Origin: an uncultured bacterium
GTDB taxonomy: Bacteria > Babelota > Babeliae > Babelales > Vermiphilaceae
NCBI GenBank assembly: GCA_963713925.1
Contig: OY970212.1
Coordinates: forward strand, 480,001 to 544,000
Direction: 5' to 3'
Length of the DNA: 64,000 bases
Part shown: piece after piece, positions 9,800 to 20,773 of the stretch
Layout of the letters: each line of letters opens with the position of its first letter
Numbering within the stretch: the stretch's first letter is position 1
Position numbers and translations under genes: made by a program
The notes under the pieces: model-generated
What the model saw: the letters and a program-made list of their open reading frames with translations, nothing else
What the model was told of the DNA's origin: nothing
Database searches by the model: none

Positions 9800-11881
9800 A
9801 TGGTAAAAAGGTATTCCTTGCCGGAGTTTGGTTATAGCGTAGAAATCGGTAAGTTTGCTCAACAAGCAGACGGCGCCGTTTGGTTGCAACAGGGGGGAAC
9901 AGTTGTACTTGCAACGGTTGTCTCAGCTCCATCCAAGGAGTTTCCTGGTTTTTTACCATTAACTGTTGAGTATCGCGAATTATTTTCAGCTGCCGGCAAA
10001 ATTCCGGGGGGTTACTTCAAACGTGAAGGAAAACCCACCGATAAAGAAGTTCTGACTGGACGCATCATCGATAGATCAATTCGTCCACTCTTTCCTTACG
10101 ACTATTTCAATCAAATTCAAGTTGTAGCGACAGTTTATTCCGTTGATAAGCTGTATGAGCCGAACTCATTAGCGCTTATTGCTTCATCACTTGCGCTCTC
10201 CATTTCTAAGATCCCATTTTTAGGACCGGTTGGTGTTATTGACATTGCGCGTGTGAATGGAGAATGGATTTTTTGCCCAACTCATCCCCAAGCACTTGCC
10301 TCAGATGTTCGCTTAGTAATTGCAGGTACCAAAGAAGGTATTTGCATGATCGAAGGATCAGCAAAAGAAATATCAGAAGATGATATTGTTGACCTTATGT
10401 TCAAGGCGCATGACAAAATTAAGCAGCAAATTGCATGGCAAGAACAGATCAAAGCTGAAGTCGGCGTTGCACCTGAAGTGACAGCCTTCGATTTTGATTG
10501 GAATGAATGGCAAAAACGTATTGCCGATTTTGTCGGTGCAGATCAAATCACTTCTATCTATAAAGCAGATAAATTAGAAAGAAGTGCCGCTCTTGATGCA
10601 TTGCGAGATTCTTTCCTTGAAAAATACAAAGAAGAGATTGAGCAAACGCAAGTTCCGGTTAAAGTGTTTGATTACATGCTTGATCAAACAATTCAGAAAA
10701 AAATTACCGAGCGTATCTTTGAATTAAATAAGCGTATTGATGGAAGAGATTTCAATAAAATTCGTCAGATCTCAACCGAAGTTGGTCTATTGCCATCAGT
10801 GCATGGTTCTTCATTGTTTACTCGTGGCAGAACGCAAGCATTAACCAGCGTCACTTTGGGCGGTGGTTCCGATGAGCAAAAAATTGAAGGAATTATGGAA
10901 GATGCCGCTAATACCGGAACTTTCATGCTTCATTATAACTTTCCTCCGTTTTCAGCCGGTGAAGCTCGTCCAATGCGTGGCCCTGGTCGTCGTGAAATCG
11001 GTCATGGATATTTAGCTGCATCGGCAATTCGCCCCGTGTTACCATCAAAAGAAGCATTCCCATACACCATTCGTGTTGTTACGGATATTCTGGAAGTTGA
11101 CGGCTCAAGTTCAATGGCTACCACTTGCGGGAGCACGATGGCACTTATGCACGCAGGCGTACCGATTTCAAATATGGTCGGTGGTATTGCTATGGGTCTT
11201 TTAAAGAGCGCCTCAGGAGAATTCCGTGTGTTGTCTGACATTTCCGGATTTGAAGACGCATTTGGATTGATGGACTTTAAAGTGACTGGAACTGATCGAG
11301 GCGTGACTGCAATTCAGATGGACATCAAATATAAAGGTGGATTCACCCGAGAAGTGTTCCAGAAGGCATTGCAACAAGCTCGTGAAGGTCGCATGTTCAT
11401 TCTCAATGAAATGCGCAAAGTCATGAGTGAACCAAATAAAGAGCTTTCAAATCTTGTTCCAAAATTAATTTCTTTCAAAGTGCCAACGGAAAAAATTGGT
11501 GCGATCATTGGAACAGGCGGTAAAGTTATTAAAGAGATTATCGAAAAAACAAAGACCAGCATTGATATTGAAGATGATGGGTTGGTCAAAATATTTGGCG
11601 GTCCGGATTCTCAGCTTGAGACAGCAGTCAATTGGGTTAAAACCATTGGCGGGCATATTCAAGCAGGTGCGAGATATCAAGGTCCTATTCGCAAGATCGC
11701 TGAATTTGGCTTGTTTGTTGAACTTGTTCCGGGAGTTGATGGTCTCGTGCATGTGTCCAATATCCCAAGAGAAAAACAAAGAACATTTGCAAGAGATTAC
11801 AAGCAGGGCGATATCGTCAATGTTGAGGTCGTTGAATACGATGAATCAACAGGAAGAGTTCGCTTGAGATTGATTGAGTAA
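9800..11881 (+). CDS. pnp: Polyribonucleotide nucleotidyltransferase (PNPase)
   Basis: FLPLTVEYRE, KIPGGYFKREG, HYNFPPFS, GSSSMAT, KH (IGAIIGTGGKVIK) and S1 domains. Confidence 0.98.
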   Translation: MVKRYSLPEFGYSVEIGKFAQQADGAVWLQQGGTVVLATVVSAPSKEFPGFLPLTVEYRELFSAAGKIPGGYFKREGKPTDKEVLTGRIIDRSIRPLFPYDYFNQIQVVATVYSVDKLYEPNSLALIASSLALSISKIPFLGPVGVIDIARVNGEWIFCPTHPQALASDVRLVIAGTKEGICMIEGSAKEISEDDIVDLMFKAHDKIKQQIAWQEQIKAEVGVAPEVTAFDFDWNEWQKRIADFVGADQITSIYKADKLERSAALDALRDSFLEKYKEEIEQTQVPVKVFDYMLDQTIQKKITERIFELNKRIDGRDFNKIRQISTEVGLLPSVHGSSLFTRGRTQALTSVTLGGGSDEQKIEGIMEDAANTGTFMLHYNFPPFSAGEARPMRGPGRREIGHGYLAASAIRPVLPSKEAFPYTIRVVTDILEVDGSSSMATTCGSTMALMHAGVPISNMVGGIAMGLLKSASGEFRVLSDISGFEDAFGLMDFKVTGTDRGVTAIQMDIKYKGGFTREVFQKALQQAREGRMFILNEMRKVMSEPNKELSNLVPKLISFKVPTEKIGAIIGTGGKVIKEIIEKTKTSIDIEDDGLVKIFGGPDSQLETAVNWVKTIGGHIQAGARYQGPIRKIAEFGLFVELVPGVDGLVHVSNIPREKQRTFARDYKQGDIVNVEVVEYDESTGRVRLRLIE

Positions 11882-11885
11882 TTGC

Positions 11886-12737
11886 ATGACTGTTTCAGAA
11901 AAAAAATATGCGCGTCCGTCAGGGCGCGCTTTTCATGTCCCTCGCACAATAAAAATAACGATTAATCCATTTGGCTATGCCGATAGTTCAGTTTTGTATG
12001 AATCAGGCAATACAAAAGTGCTTTGCGCCGTGAGTTTGTCTCAAGGAGTGCCACATTTTTTAAAGGGAAGCCGTAAAGGCTGGTTGTCTGCGGAATACTC
12101 CTTACTTCCTATGGCAACTCAAAGCCGCAATCAGCGGGATGCTTTCGGTTCAAAACCAAATGGAAGATCGATCGAGATTTCACGCTTTATCGGACGTTCT
12201 TTGCGTGCGATGGTTGATCTTGATCGCCTTGGTGAGCGCACGATTCAGATTGATTGTGACGTGCTCCAAGCTGATGGGGGAACCCGCACTGCCTGTGTCA
12301 CTGGAGCATCCATTGCTTTGCAGATTGCGCAAGAAAAATGGATTGAGCGCGGCGATATGAAACATTCAATTATCACCGACAGCCTTGCCTCACTTTCAGT
12401 GGGGGTCACTAACGGCACCGTTTTGGTTGATCTTGATTATCAAGAAGATGTTGCCATTGACGCAGATTACAACGTGGTTATGAGTAAATCAGGTTCTGTC
12501 GTTGAGGTGCAAGGAACGCTTGAGCATGGGACAGTCGATTGGAAAACATTCCAGGCAATTGTTGAGAATGCGCGAGCTGGAATTCAAGAGGTATTTGCTC
12601 AAATTGATGCATGCACCAAAATACAGCCGTCATTTGCCCAAGAAGATGTTCGCAGCAACTCTCAAAAATCTGAAGACACAAAGCCTGCTGTCGGTATGTT
12701 CAGTCTAAAAAATCGCTTGGATAGTTTGTCAAAGTAG
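11886..12737 (+). CDS. rph: Ribonuclease PH with C-terminal extension
   Basis: GNTKVLCAVS, GWLSAEYSLLP, GRSIEISRFIGRSLRA, DCDVLQADGGTRTA, DLDYQED. Confidence 0.95.
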   Translation: MTVSEKKYARPSGRAFHVPRTIKITINPFGYADSSVLYESGNTKVLCAVSLSQGVPHFLKGSRKGWLSAEYSLLPMATQSRNQRDAFGSKPNGRSIEISRFIGRSLRAMVDLDRLGERTIQIDCDVLQADGGTRTACVTGASIALQIAQEKWIERGDMKHSIITDSLASLSVGVTNGTVLVDLDYQEDVAIDADYNVVMSKSGSVVEVQGTLEHGTVDWKTFQAIVENARAGIQEVFAQIDACTKIQPSFAQEDVRSNSQKSEDTKPAVGMFSLKNRLDSLSK

Positions 12738-12744
12738 ATTCTAC

Positions 12745-13677
12745 ATGCTTTCATTTTCTTATCTTTTATCAGGGACACTTTTTCAGTCAACTCCATCGGC
12801 GAGTGTAGTTGCCATACGCTATGCCGATGTATATCCCATTTTTCTCTCTCAATTGCTTTGTTCGCGCGTGCGTGAGCAGGTACAATTGCAACGGATTGAT
12901 CTACCAACATATGATCTTGACGCATTTATACTTGCAGCACAAACAACCTTTTTGGGGCAAACGTTTTGGTATTGGATTACGGGAGTCGATGAATTGTCGG
13001 AAAAAAAACGAGCATTGTTTTTCCGATTTCTTCAAAGCTATTCCGGGCCCCACACATTAATTGTTTGGACTTCAAGTCCTGTTTCCGGGGTAGATTCCGT
13101 CGAGATTCCTGAGCAAGTTCAGAAAGATCATATCGAGCATTTGCTTTCGCTGGTAGTTATTGATGGCAATCCGGCCAAAACATTAGTCACTCAAGCGCAA
13201 CGAATGTTACTTCAGTACAAAAAGCTTTCCATTGAACAAGCGCTGCAATTATTAGTCTATGTAGTTGTTGCCGCGTCCGATCGAGAACAAGTTTTTAAGG
13301 AATGGGGAAATGCGCTTGTCCATGTTGATCAATCGCTGTTTACTTTGAGCCAGCATTTACTTGCAAAAAACCGGAACAAATTCCGTGAGCTGTATGACAC
13401 AATGACAGCATCATTTCAAGATACCTTTTGGATATCCTTCTGGGCCGATCAAATCTGGCGCGCTATTCATGTCATCGATGCATATGCAGTCAAAGATTTT
13501 GCAACTGCAAAGGCGCATGGCGCACGACTTCCCTTTTCTTTCATGAATACCGATTGGCGTAAATATACGGCCAAAGAGCTTACAACGCTGCATGATTTGC
13601 TCTATACGTTCGATTATCAATTAAAAAACGGCGTCGAACCGCAGTTGGATTTATTTTATTTGAGCTTTTTCAAATAA
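12745..13677 (+). CDS. holA: Probable divergent DNA polymerase III delta subunit
   Basis: Typical size; C-terminal pattern LFTLSQHLL...LHDLLYTFDYQLKNG resembles the HolA collar; weak elsewhere. Confidence 0.6.
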   Translation: MLSFSYLLSGTLFQSTPSASVVAIRYADVYPIFLSQLLCSRVREQVQLQRIDLPTYDLDAFILAAQTTFLGQTFWYWITGVDELSEKKRALFFRFLQSYSGPHTLIVWTSSPVSGVDSVEIPEQVQKDHIEHLLSLVVIDGNPAKTLVTQAQRMLLQYKKLSIEQALQLLVYVVVAASDREQVFKEWGNALVHVDQSLFTLSQHLLAKNRNKFRELYDTMTASFQDTFWISFWADQIWRAIHVIDAYAVKDFATAKAHGARLPFSFMNTDWRKYTAKELTTLHDLLYTFDYQLKNGVEPQLDLFYLSFFK

Positions 13678-13771
13678 AAGACAAAGACCAACAGATTTCA
13701 TTGTGCGCCATAAAAACCCTCGAGCGTAAGGTGTTCATGATTCAGAAACCACGGCTTTCAAACCGTTTAGG

Positions 13772-14602
13772 TCATTGAACTTTTTTCAAGTCACGCGAAA
13801 AAGCTATTATTTCTTCTATCGTGGCTGGATCTGACGGTGGTTCATTGCGAGCTATATGATCCTTTAAATATCGATTAAGAATTGATATTTTTCTGCGAAA
13901 ATCAAGGTTATGATCTTCAAGTGCATTATCGCTGAAAGCTAATAATGACCCATGTAGCATATCGAAAAAAGTTCTTCTTTGGTTGATATCCGATTCGATC
14001 TCAGAGAGTTTATTAATCAGGTTGAGACTGTTTTGAGGAAATCTAGATAGTTTAATTGAAAGGAAGCAGAGAGCTTTCAGTGAACTATCCCGGGGAAACC
14101 AGCCCCTATCAATGAGTGAACCGCTCTCTTTATTTTTGATGTCACGATACAAACCAATTATGGTTTCCTCATCAATTTCTTTTGCCAATTCATAACCATA
14201 CTTTGAGCTCAAAAAATTAGAAAAAGGTTTTTTAAAATCTACGTATTTTTTTTCCATCATTTCATTCAGGATAGCAACCAAGGTCTCGTTTTCATTTCTA
14301 GATGAGGACTCTTTGAAATAAGTGCCGAGCCATTGTTTGGTTGCAGATGTTCCAAGTGCATATGCAATGAATGATGCAGGAGCATCTAACTGTTTGGACA
14401 CATCTTTAAGCACAGAATCAATAATGTGAGGAGGCAGCTCCATTCTCTTTAGAGCATCGATCGATGCATCGAAATTATCTTTAACAATTATAGATTTAAG
14501 ATTTTCTGGCAGACTATAGGTAGATTCCTGAGGATGATCTGCTCCTGATGTTGGTGTGACAATCCAAAAAGAAATTGTCACGAGCAATAGATTGTTTTTC
14601 AT
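13772..14602 (-). CDS. Hypothetical secreted protein (Sec-type signal peptide)
   Basis: MKNNLLLVTISFWIVTPTSGA leader, AAGGA RBS upstream; no recognised family. Confidence 0.75.
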   Translation of the reverse strand: MKNNLLLVTISFWIVTPTSGADHPQESTYSLPENLKSIIVKDNFDASIDALKRMELPPHIIDSVLKDVSKQLDAPASFIAYALGTSATKQWLGTYFKESSSRNENETLVAILNEMMEKKYVDFKKPFSNFLSSKYGYELAKEIDEETIIGLYRDIKNKESGSLIDRGWFPRDSSLKALCFLSIKLSRFPQNSLNLINKLSEIESDINQRRTFFDMLHGSLLAFSDNALEDHNLDFRRKISILNRYLKDHIARNEPPSDPATIEEIIAFSRDLKKVQ

Positions 14603-14638
14603 AAAGTAGATTCCTTTCAAGCCAATAAATCGACAATT

Positions 14639-15286
14639 TCAAAAATGGCGCAATGATGTTGGCTGTTCCTTGAAGCGCTCTGGTTTGATAATTCCCCCTG
14701 AGATAATAAGTGCCATGGCTTCTTGGCGGGTCAAATCGATATGCGAAATATCATCTGCGGAAACAATAATATAATAACCGGTGGTTGGGTTGGGAGTCGT
14801 CGGAATGAAAACATTGTAATATTTCTTGCCCGGGCGTGGTGCCAAAATAGCCGGCAACTCGCTTGTTAGAAAGCCAATGCAATAAAGCCCTTCGCGCGGA
14901 AATTCAACGGCAACAACTTGCTTGAAACTTTCATCATCTTGGGGGCTGAATGCGTGGACGAGTTGTTTGATTCCCGAATATAACGGACGAATCAACGGAA
15001 TTTTGAATAGAAGTTGTTCAACAGCGTGCAAAATCCATTTTAAGAAAAATAAATTAATAAGAAATCCGGTAAAAAAGATAATTGCAATGGCAATCAGTAT
15101 TTCAGCATAAGGGATTCGATGTAAAAATTCGGGTTCAAATACCTTTAGCGGGGCGAGCCAACTGACGAGCCCTTTAAAAATAAGATTAAGCAGTCCCAAC
15201 GTGATTGCGATGGGTAAAATCGTTAACAGGCCTTTCACAAAAAGCGTTGAAAAAAATTTACTTATTTTTTTTGTTGATTGTTTCAT
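14639..15286 (-). CDS. DUF502 family membrane protein
   Basis: GLLTILPIAIT, KIPLIRPLYSGIKQL, VEFPR, VFIPTTPNPTTGY, EAMALIISGG; start moved to MKQST. Confidence 0.9.
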   Translation of the reverse strand: MKQSTKKISKFFSTLFVKGLLTILPIAITLGLLNLIFKGLVSWLAPLKVFEPEFLHRIPYAEILIAIAIIFFTGFLINLFFLKWILHAVEQLLFKIPLIRPLYSGIKQLVHAFSPQDDESFKQVVAVEFPREGLYCIGFLTSELPAILAPRPGKKYYNVFIPTTPNPTTGYYIIVSADDISHIDLTRQEAMALIISGGIIKPERFKEQPTSLRHF

Positions 15287-15290
15287 AATT

Positions 15291-16640
15291 TTAAAGTTCC
15301 TTTTCGATACATTTTTTAATTTCATGCGATAAGTATGCCATCGCTGTTTCAAGTTTCTCAAGCGACGCGGCTTCGACCATGATTCTGACGCACTGTTCCG
15401 TACCCGAGTTGCGAACGATGATTCTTCCAGTTTCAAGCATATCGTGTGCGGTGTCTACGATGGTTTTTATTGCCGAATGTGTAGTGTCAAGCGGATGCTT
15501 GGTCTTTATATTACGTATTTTTTGCGGGAATCGTTGATAACCGATAGCAATGTCACTTGTTGCCAAAAATAGAGTCAGAAAAAGTGCTGTAAAAATGGCA
15601 TCACTGCTTGCAAGATGATCTTTCATGATGATGTGTCCGGATGGTTCACCACCCAAGAGTGCGTTGTGTTCTGCCATTCGGGCGATAACATGTTTGTCGC
15701 CGACTTGAGTGCGCAGTAATTGTTTACCCTGTTGGATAAGCCAGTGTTCAAAACCAATATTGCTCATCAGCGTTCCGACGATCAGTGTTTCGTCGCGGTA
15801 TCGGGGGTGTTGTGACAAAATCGAAAGAATTTCATCTCCTGTATACAGGAGTCCTGTTGCATCAGCCATGACAATGCGATCGCCGTCGCCATCAAAACTA
15901 AATCCAAGAAACGCACCTTCTGTTATAACCGTATCAATCATTGATTGGGGATGCGTTGCTCCACATTGCTCGTTAATGTTGGTGCCGGTCGGCCTGTTGT
16001 TCACATGGATCGCTTCAATGCCAAAGGCATTAAAAACCAGAGCAGCTAAAGATGAACAGGCGCCATTACCCGCATCAATAATCACTTTCTGAACAATAGG
16101 TTGTGATGTGATTTCTATTTTTTCTCGCACTAGTTGAATATAATCGAGTTCGGCTTGAGTATATCGGTTATACGTTCCCCGTGGTTTGAAGCTGACCGCC
16201 AGCTCTTGACCCATATAATGAGAATACAGTTCAGAAATCAATTGTTCTGCACTCGAGTTGATTTTACCGGTTTGTGCGTCAATAATTTTGATTCCATTGT
16301 CTTGATAGGGATTGTGTGAAGCTGAAAAAACAATGGAACAATGAAAGTTATTTTTTTTTATGAGGCTATGAGCTGCCGGAGTTGGAAGCATTCCCGCGTC
16401 GTGGAAAGCGATCGGATATTGCAAACATTGGCCAACAAAATTCATCATAAGCAGCTGTGCCGACTGTCGAGAATCGTGGCATATGAGCACATGAGCATGA
16501 GGCCCATAGGTCGTCACGATCCAGTCTGCAAGAGCATTGCTTAATGCCCGAAATGATTCATTAGTGAAGGGTTCCATGCCAACGGTAGCACGAATGCCGT
16601 CTGTTCCAAAAAGAGTTTTGTTTTCAAGGGTGTTGGTCAT
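15291..16640 (-). CDS. glmM: Phosphoglucosamine mutase
   Basis: LFGTDGIR, SASHNPYQDNGIK, FDGDGDR, GGEPSGH, VRNSGTE. Confidence 0.93.
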   Translation of the reverse strand: MTNTLENKTLFGTDGIRATVGMEPFTNESFRALSNALADWIVTTYGPHAHVLICHDSRQSAQLLMMNFVGQCLQYPIAFHDAGMLPTPAAHSLIKKNNFHCSIVFSASHNPYQDNGIKIIDAQTGKINSSAEQLISELYSHYMGQELAVSFKPRGTYNRYTQAELDYIQLVREKIEITSQPIVQKVIIDAGNGACSSLAALVFNAFGIEAIHVNNRPTGTNINEQCGATHPQSMIDTVITEGAFLGFSFDGDGDRIVMADATGLLYTGDEILSILSQHPRYRDETLIVGTLMSNIGFEHWLIQQGKQLLRTQVGDKHVIARMAEHNALLGGEPSGHIIMKDHLASSDAIFTALFLTLFLATSDIAIGYQRFPQKIRNIKTKHPLDTTHSAIKTIVDTAHDMLETGRIIVRNSGTEQCVRIMVEAASLEKLETAMAYLSHEIKKCIEKEL

Positions 16641-16832
16641 GCCGTTTTCTAACAAAAAAAGGTTAATTCCCAAAAACCGGTGGTTTTTATATATATCCAA
16701 ATTTTGGGCCCACGCTATTAGCATTGGTTGAAATATAAGAAATAGCGTAAGTATGCATTTTAGTTTACCAGGTTCAGCTTCTGAGGTAAAAATAAATTTT
16801 TAATCAAAATGGATTAGAGAGGCCTTTCCATC

Positions 16833-18005
16833 TTATTGAGCCCGATACGTTTTTATTTTATTCTCAATGTCTTGATCAAAGAGCTTTCTGAATTCAGATT
16901 TTGTTTGGGTTTCATAGGCTTTATAAACAGGAAACTGCGCTATAAACGCGGGGACAAGGCTATCGATGAATGAGTTAACATTGGCCGAGTATGTATTTGG
17001 GAATTTAATTGTTGCCGGAATGATGTTATTGTAGGCACGGGTTTTGCCACTTGCGTAATTTTTCTCGAAATAGTCAAACACTACAGGTTTGAGTTCGTTT
17101 GGCAATTCATTCTTTGGTTGTTTTTGAATGGCCGAAGGAGCTATTTCTTCGGCTCCGTTTTTCTGCTTTGATTGTTGTGCTTTCAATAGAAATCTGTTTT
17201 TAATATCTTGTTCGATTAATTTTTTAAGTTCATTTTTAAGAATCAGTTTACTTGGGTTATCGCTGCTTATTAATGGTTTTATGGCGTTATCAACGAATGC
17301 ATCAATTTTAGCATAAGCACCTTTTGGTATTATAATGCCTGTTTTAATATCGCTTACACTTCTTCGCGTCATTCTTACTGTTCGCAAGAACACTGCATAA
17401 GACAACCACTGTTTTGAATCATTTTTAGAAGCAAAATAAGTGTTAAAATGATCAAGAGCAATCTGTTTTGCCAAGTCTGCAGATGTCATGCTGAAAATAT
17501 CATTTATTTTCGCTGAAAATTCGCTGTCATATTCTGTGAACTCTTTGTAAAGAGGATCATACAAATAAGTGCCAACGTTTTCTTTTTGATCGGGCAGATT
17601 CAATATTTGTTTTAGATAATAAACATCTTCCGACTTCGTCTTTTTAAAAATGTCATCTTTCACCAGGTTGACAATCGCTAATCCGACTAATGTTTCTCTA
17701 TTTGTATCATCAGGTTTTTCAAAATGCATGATACGTATTTTTTGCAATAATTGTTTTTTCTTTGCTCCATCTGTTCTATATTCAGTTTTTACTGCATTTT
17801 GAAATTGCTGAAGAACTGTTTTGATCGAAGAGGCGGCGGGAGATATGGAAGGCAATCCAGGGCCCGATACTTCCGGATTGCTGTACATGCGAGCAATTTC
17901 GCGTATTCTTTGCCACCAAGATTTATTTGTGGAGCCATTTCCAGATTCTATGGTCAACGCTGTTGTGCACGTAATAATGAGAACTATTTTTTTGCAATGT
18001 TTCAT
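16833..18005 (-). CDS. Hypothetical secreted, Lys-rich helical protein
   Basis: MKHCKKIVLIITCTTALTIES leader, AGAAGGA RBS; long ORF with no recognised family. Confidence 0.75.
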   Translation of the reverse strand: MKHCKKIVLIITCTTALTIESGNGSTNKSWWQRIREIARMYSNPEVSGPGLPSISPAASSIKTVLQQFQNAVKTEYRTDGAKKKQLLQKIRIMHFEKPDDTNRETLVGLAIVNLVKDDIFKKTKSEDVYYLKQILNLPDQKENVGTYLYDPLYKEFTEYDSEFSAKINDIFSMTSADLAKQIALDHFNTYFASKNDSKQWLSYAVFLRTVRMTRRSVSDIKTGIIIPKGAYAKIDAFVDNAIKPLISSDNPSKLILKNELKKLIEQDIKNRFLLKAQQSKQKNGAEEIAPSAIQKQPKNELPNELKPVVFDYFEKNYASGKTRAYNNIIPATIKFPNTYSANVNSFIDSLVPAFIAQFPVYKAYETQTKSEFRKLFDQDIENKIKTYRAQ

Positions 18006-18085
18006 ATACATTCCTTCTCTTTGGTTATCCATATTGGACAGTATCACGTGTTGTACTTGGGAATCAATGCTCTGTTGTTTCGTAG

Positions 18086-19168
<1,083 letters not shown>

Positions 19169-19323
19169 AAAAGTTGTATCGCGATTTTCAAATAAAACAT
19201 CTCCAGTTTTCGCCATTCGAATGGATTTTGTCCATGCTTACGCTGCGCTCACATTGGCTTCTTATCGGGATCCCAAAATAGCACGATCTACTGTGTCAAA
19301 CTGTCCGAATGTTAAATTTTGTC

Positions 19324-19541
19324 CGTTCGAATGGATTCGACTGCGTTTATACCCCAATTTCGCTTACGCTCTATCGGGGACCCCAAAATTAACTCCGCTC
19401 ATCACGAACGGCTAGTTGCTTTCACCCGCTACGAGCGGAACTTTTTTAGGTTATATTCATTTATTCACTCTACAGTCAAACAAAAAACTTCACCCGCGCT
19501 CGTGGTGAGCGCAATGTAATGGAGTCGAATCCATTCGAACG
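19324..19541. repeat. Family C REP-doublet / MITE-like element with nested reverse family A copy (19351-19384)
   Basis: Perfect 19-bp inverted ends cgttcgaatggattcgact / agtcgaatccattcgaacg; inner gctcatcacgaacg / cgctcgtggtgagc; homologous to 39581-39738. Confidence 0.85.
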
Positions 19542-19625
19542 CAGATTCTCAAAACTCAGCGCACCTAATTCTTGCTATTTTTCAAGCGATCATGATATCT
19601 CTTTAAAATGGTTGAAGGAGATATC

Positions 19626-20141
19626 ATGATTAACAAATTGTCATCGAGATCGATTCTATTTGCGATCATTTTATTGGTTTTTCTTATCTTTACTATTTTT
19701 TTCACGTGGTTTCAATATAAAGACGATCTGGGCAGCAAGATGGTTTCCGATATAGCCCGATTAGCAGCGATCATGAAAAAGATTGATGCAACTGCCGGCA
19801 TATTGAATTTTGATTTTGACAAAAATCCGATTAATTTTCTTACTATCAAGAAAGGTGGCTTTGTCGGCTCTGAGGTTGGTGCACTCAATTTAAAACACGC
19901 AAAACGATGGGATGGGCCCTATCTGCCAGTCACACCAACGATCGAAGGCCAAGAGTATATTGTGCTCAAAAATAAAAATGGCCTCTACGTAACGCTTGCA
20001 GATGGCGTCAATTTGCCCAATAAGAAGCAGATTGGAAAAGACATTATACTTGATTACAATGCCAACGTTGAAGATCTTATCCGTGACCCGAATGGATTAT
20101 CATACAAAGGTCAGCCGCTGGCGATTAAAATTATTGAATGA
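19626..20141 (+). CDS. Membrane-anchored hypothetical protein (weak pseudopilin GspG-like WDGPYL motif)
   Basis: ATG 19626 after AAGGAG; N-terminal hydrophobic helix; KRWDGPYL. Confidence 0.65.
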   Translation: MINKLSSRSILFAIILLVFLIFTIFFTWFQYKDDLGSKMVSDIARLAAIMKKIDATAGILNFDFDKNPINFLTIKKGGFVGSEVGALNLKHAKRWDGPYLPVTPTIEGQEYIVLKNKNGLYVTLADGVNLPNKKQIGKDIILDYNANVEDLIRDPNGLSYKGQPLAIKIIE

Positions 20142-20682
20142 GTTGATCCGATTTCGCGGGAAGTTGACTTTTGAGCGCAGCAACTTCGTCTTTTAGGTCT
20201 AGTATAGAGCGCAGTTTGCTGATTTCGCTAATACGCAACATGCGACAGTCTTTATTTTTTACGGCATTATTAGTCAAAAAGCAACCTGTGAATGATAACA
20301 ATGTACCAGCAAGCGAACCAAACAAAGCCTCATAAGCGGAAGTACTCAATGAGACAAAAGATCCTCCAGTGCATAAGATGCCTGTGACTGCGCATGTTCC
20401 CTGAATTGTCAAAAGGGTATCATATGATGCGTTTTGTGTATCTTCTTGAGTGATAAGATTGTTGTAATGATCCGTAATTAACTTCTTTATTGAGAGAATA
20501 TCTGCTGTTTGTCCAGATAATCTTTTCGTATCTATAATATCGGTTATTTCTTTTGTTTCATAATAATCAATTGGAACTCTGGTAGGTTTTTCCAGAATTT
20601 GCTGAATTCGCGCAATTTCATTTGCCTGAACACAAATCGATATGAGTGCAACCGTTAAGGTTATAACATTCTTTATTTTCAT
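20131..20682 (-). CDS. Hypothetical protein with signal peptide and two internal hydrophobic segments
   Basis: MKIKNVITLTVALISICVQA leader; GAGG RBS. Confidence 0.7.
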   Translation of the reverse strand: MKIKNVITLTVALISICVQANEIARIQQILEKPTRVPIDYYETKEITDIIDTKRLSGQTADILSIKKLITDHYNNLITQEDTQNASYDTLLTIQGTCAVTGILCTGGSFVSLSTSAYEALFGSLAGTLLSFTGCFLTNNAVKNKDCRMLRISEISKLRSILDLKDEVAALKSQLPAKSDQLIQ

Positions 20683-20773
20683 GATTTTTACCTCATTTAA
20701 AAAAACGTAATCATCCTAACCTTAGCATAGAGTTATGAGGTATAGCAAACGGTGAGTTTTCTATTTGAAAACC

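Noticed and set aside
13045..13070. gggccccacac...gtttgg in holA
   Set aside because: Stem is poor, there is no closing GGGG, and no evidence of an insertion
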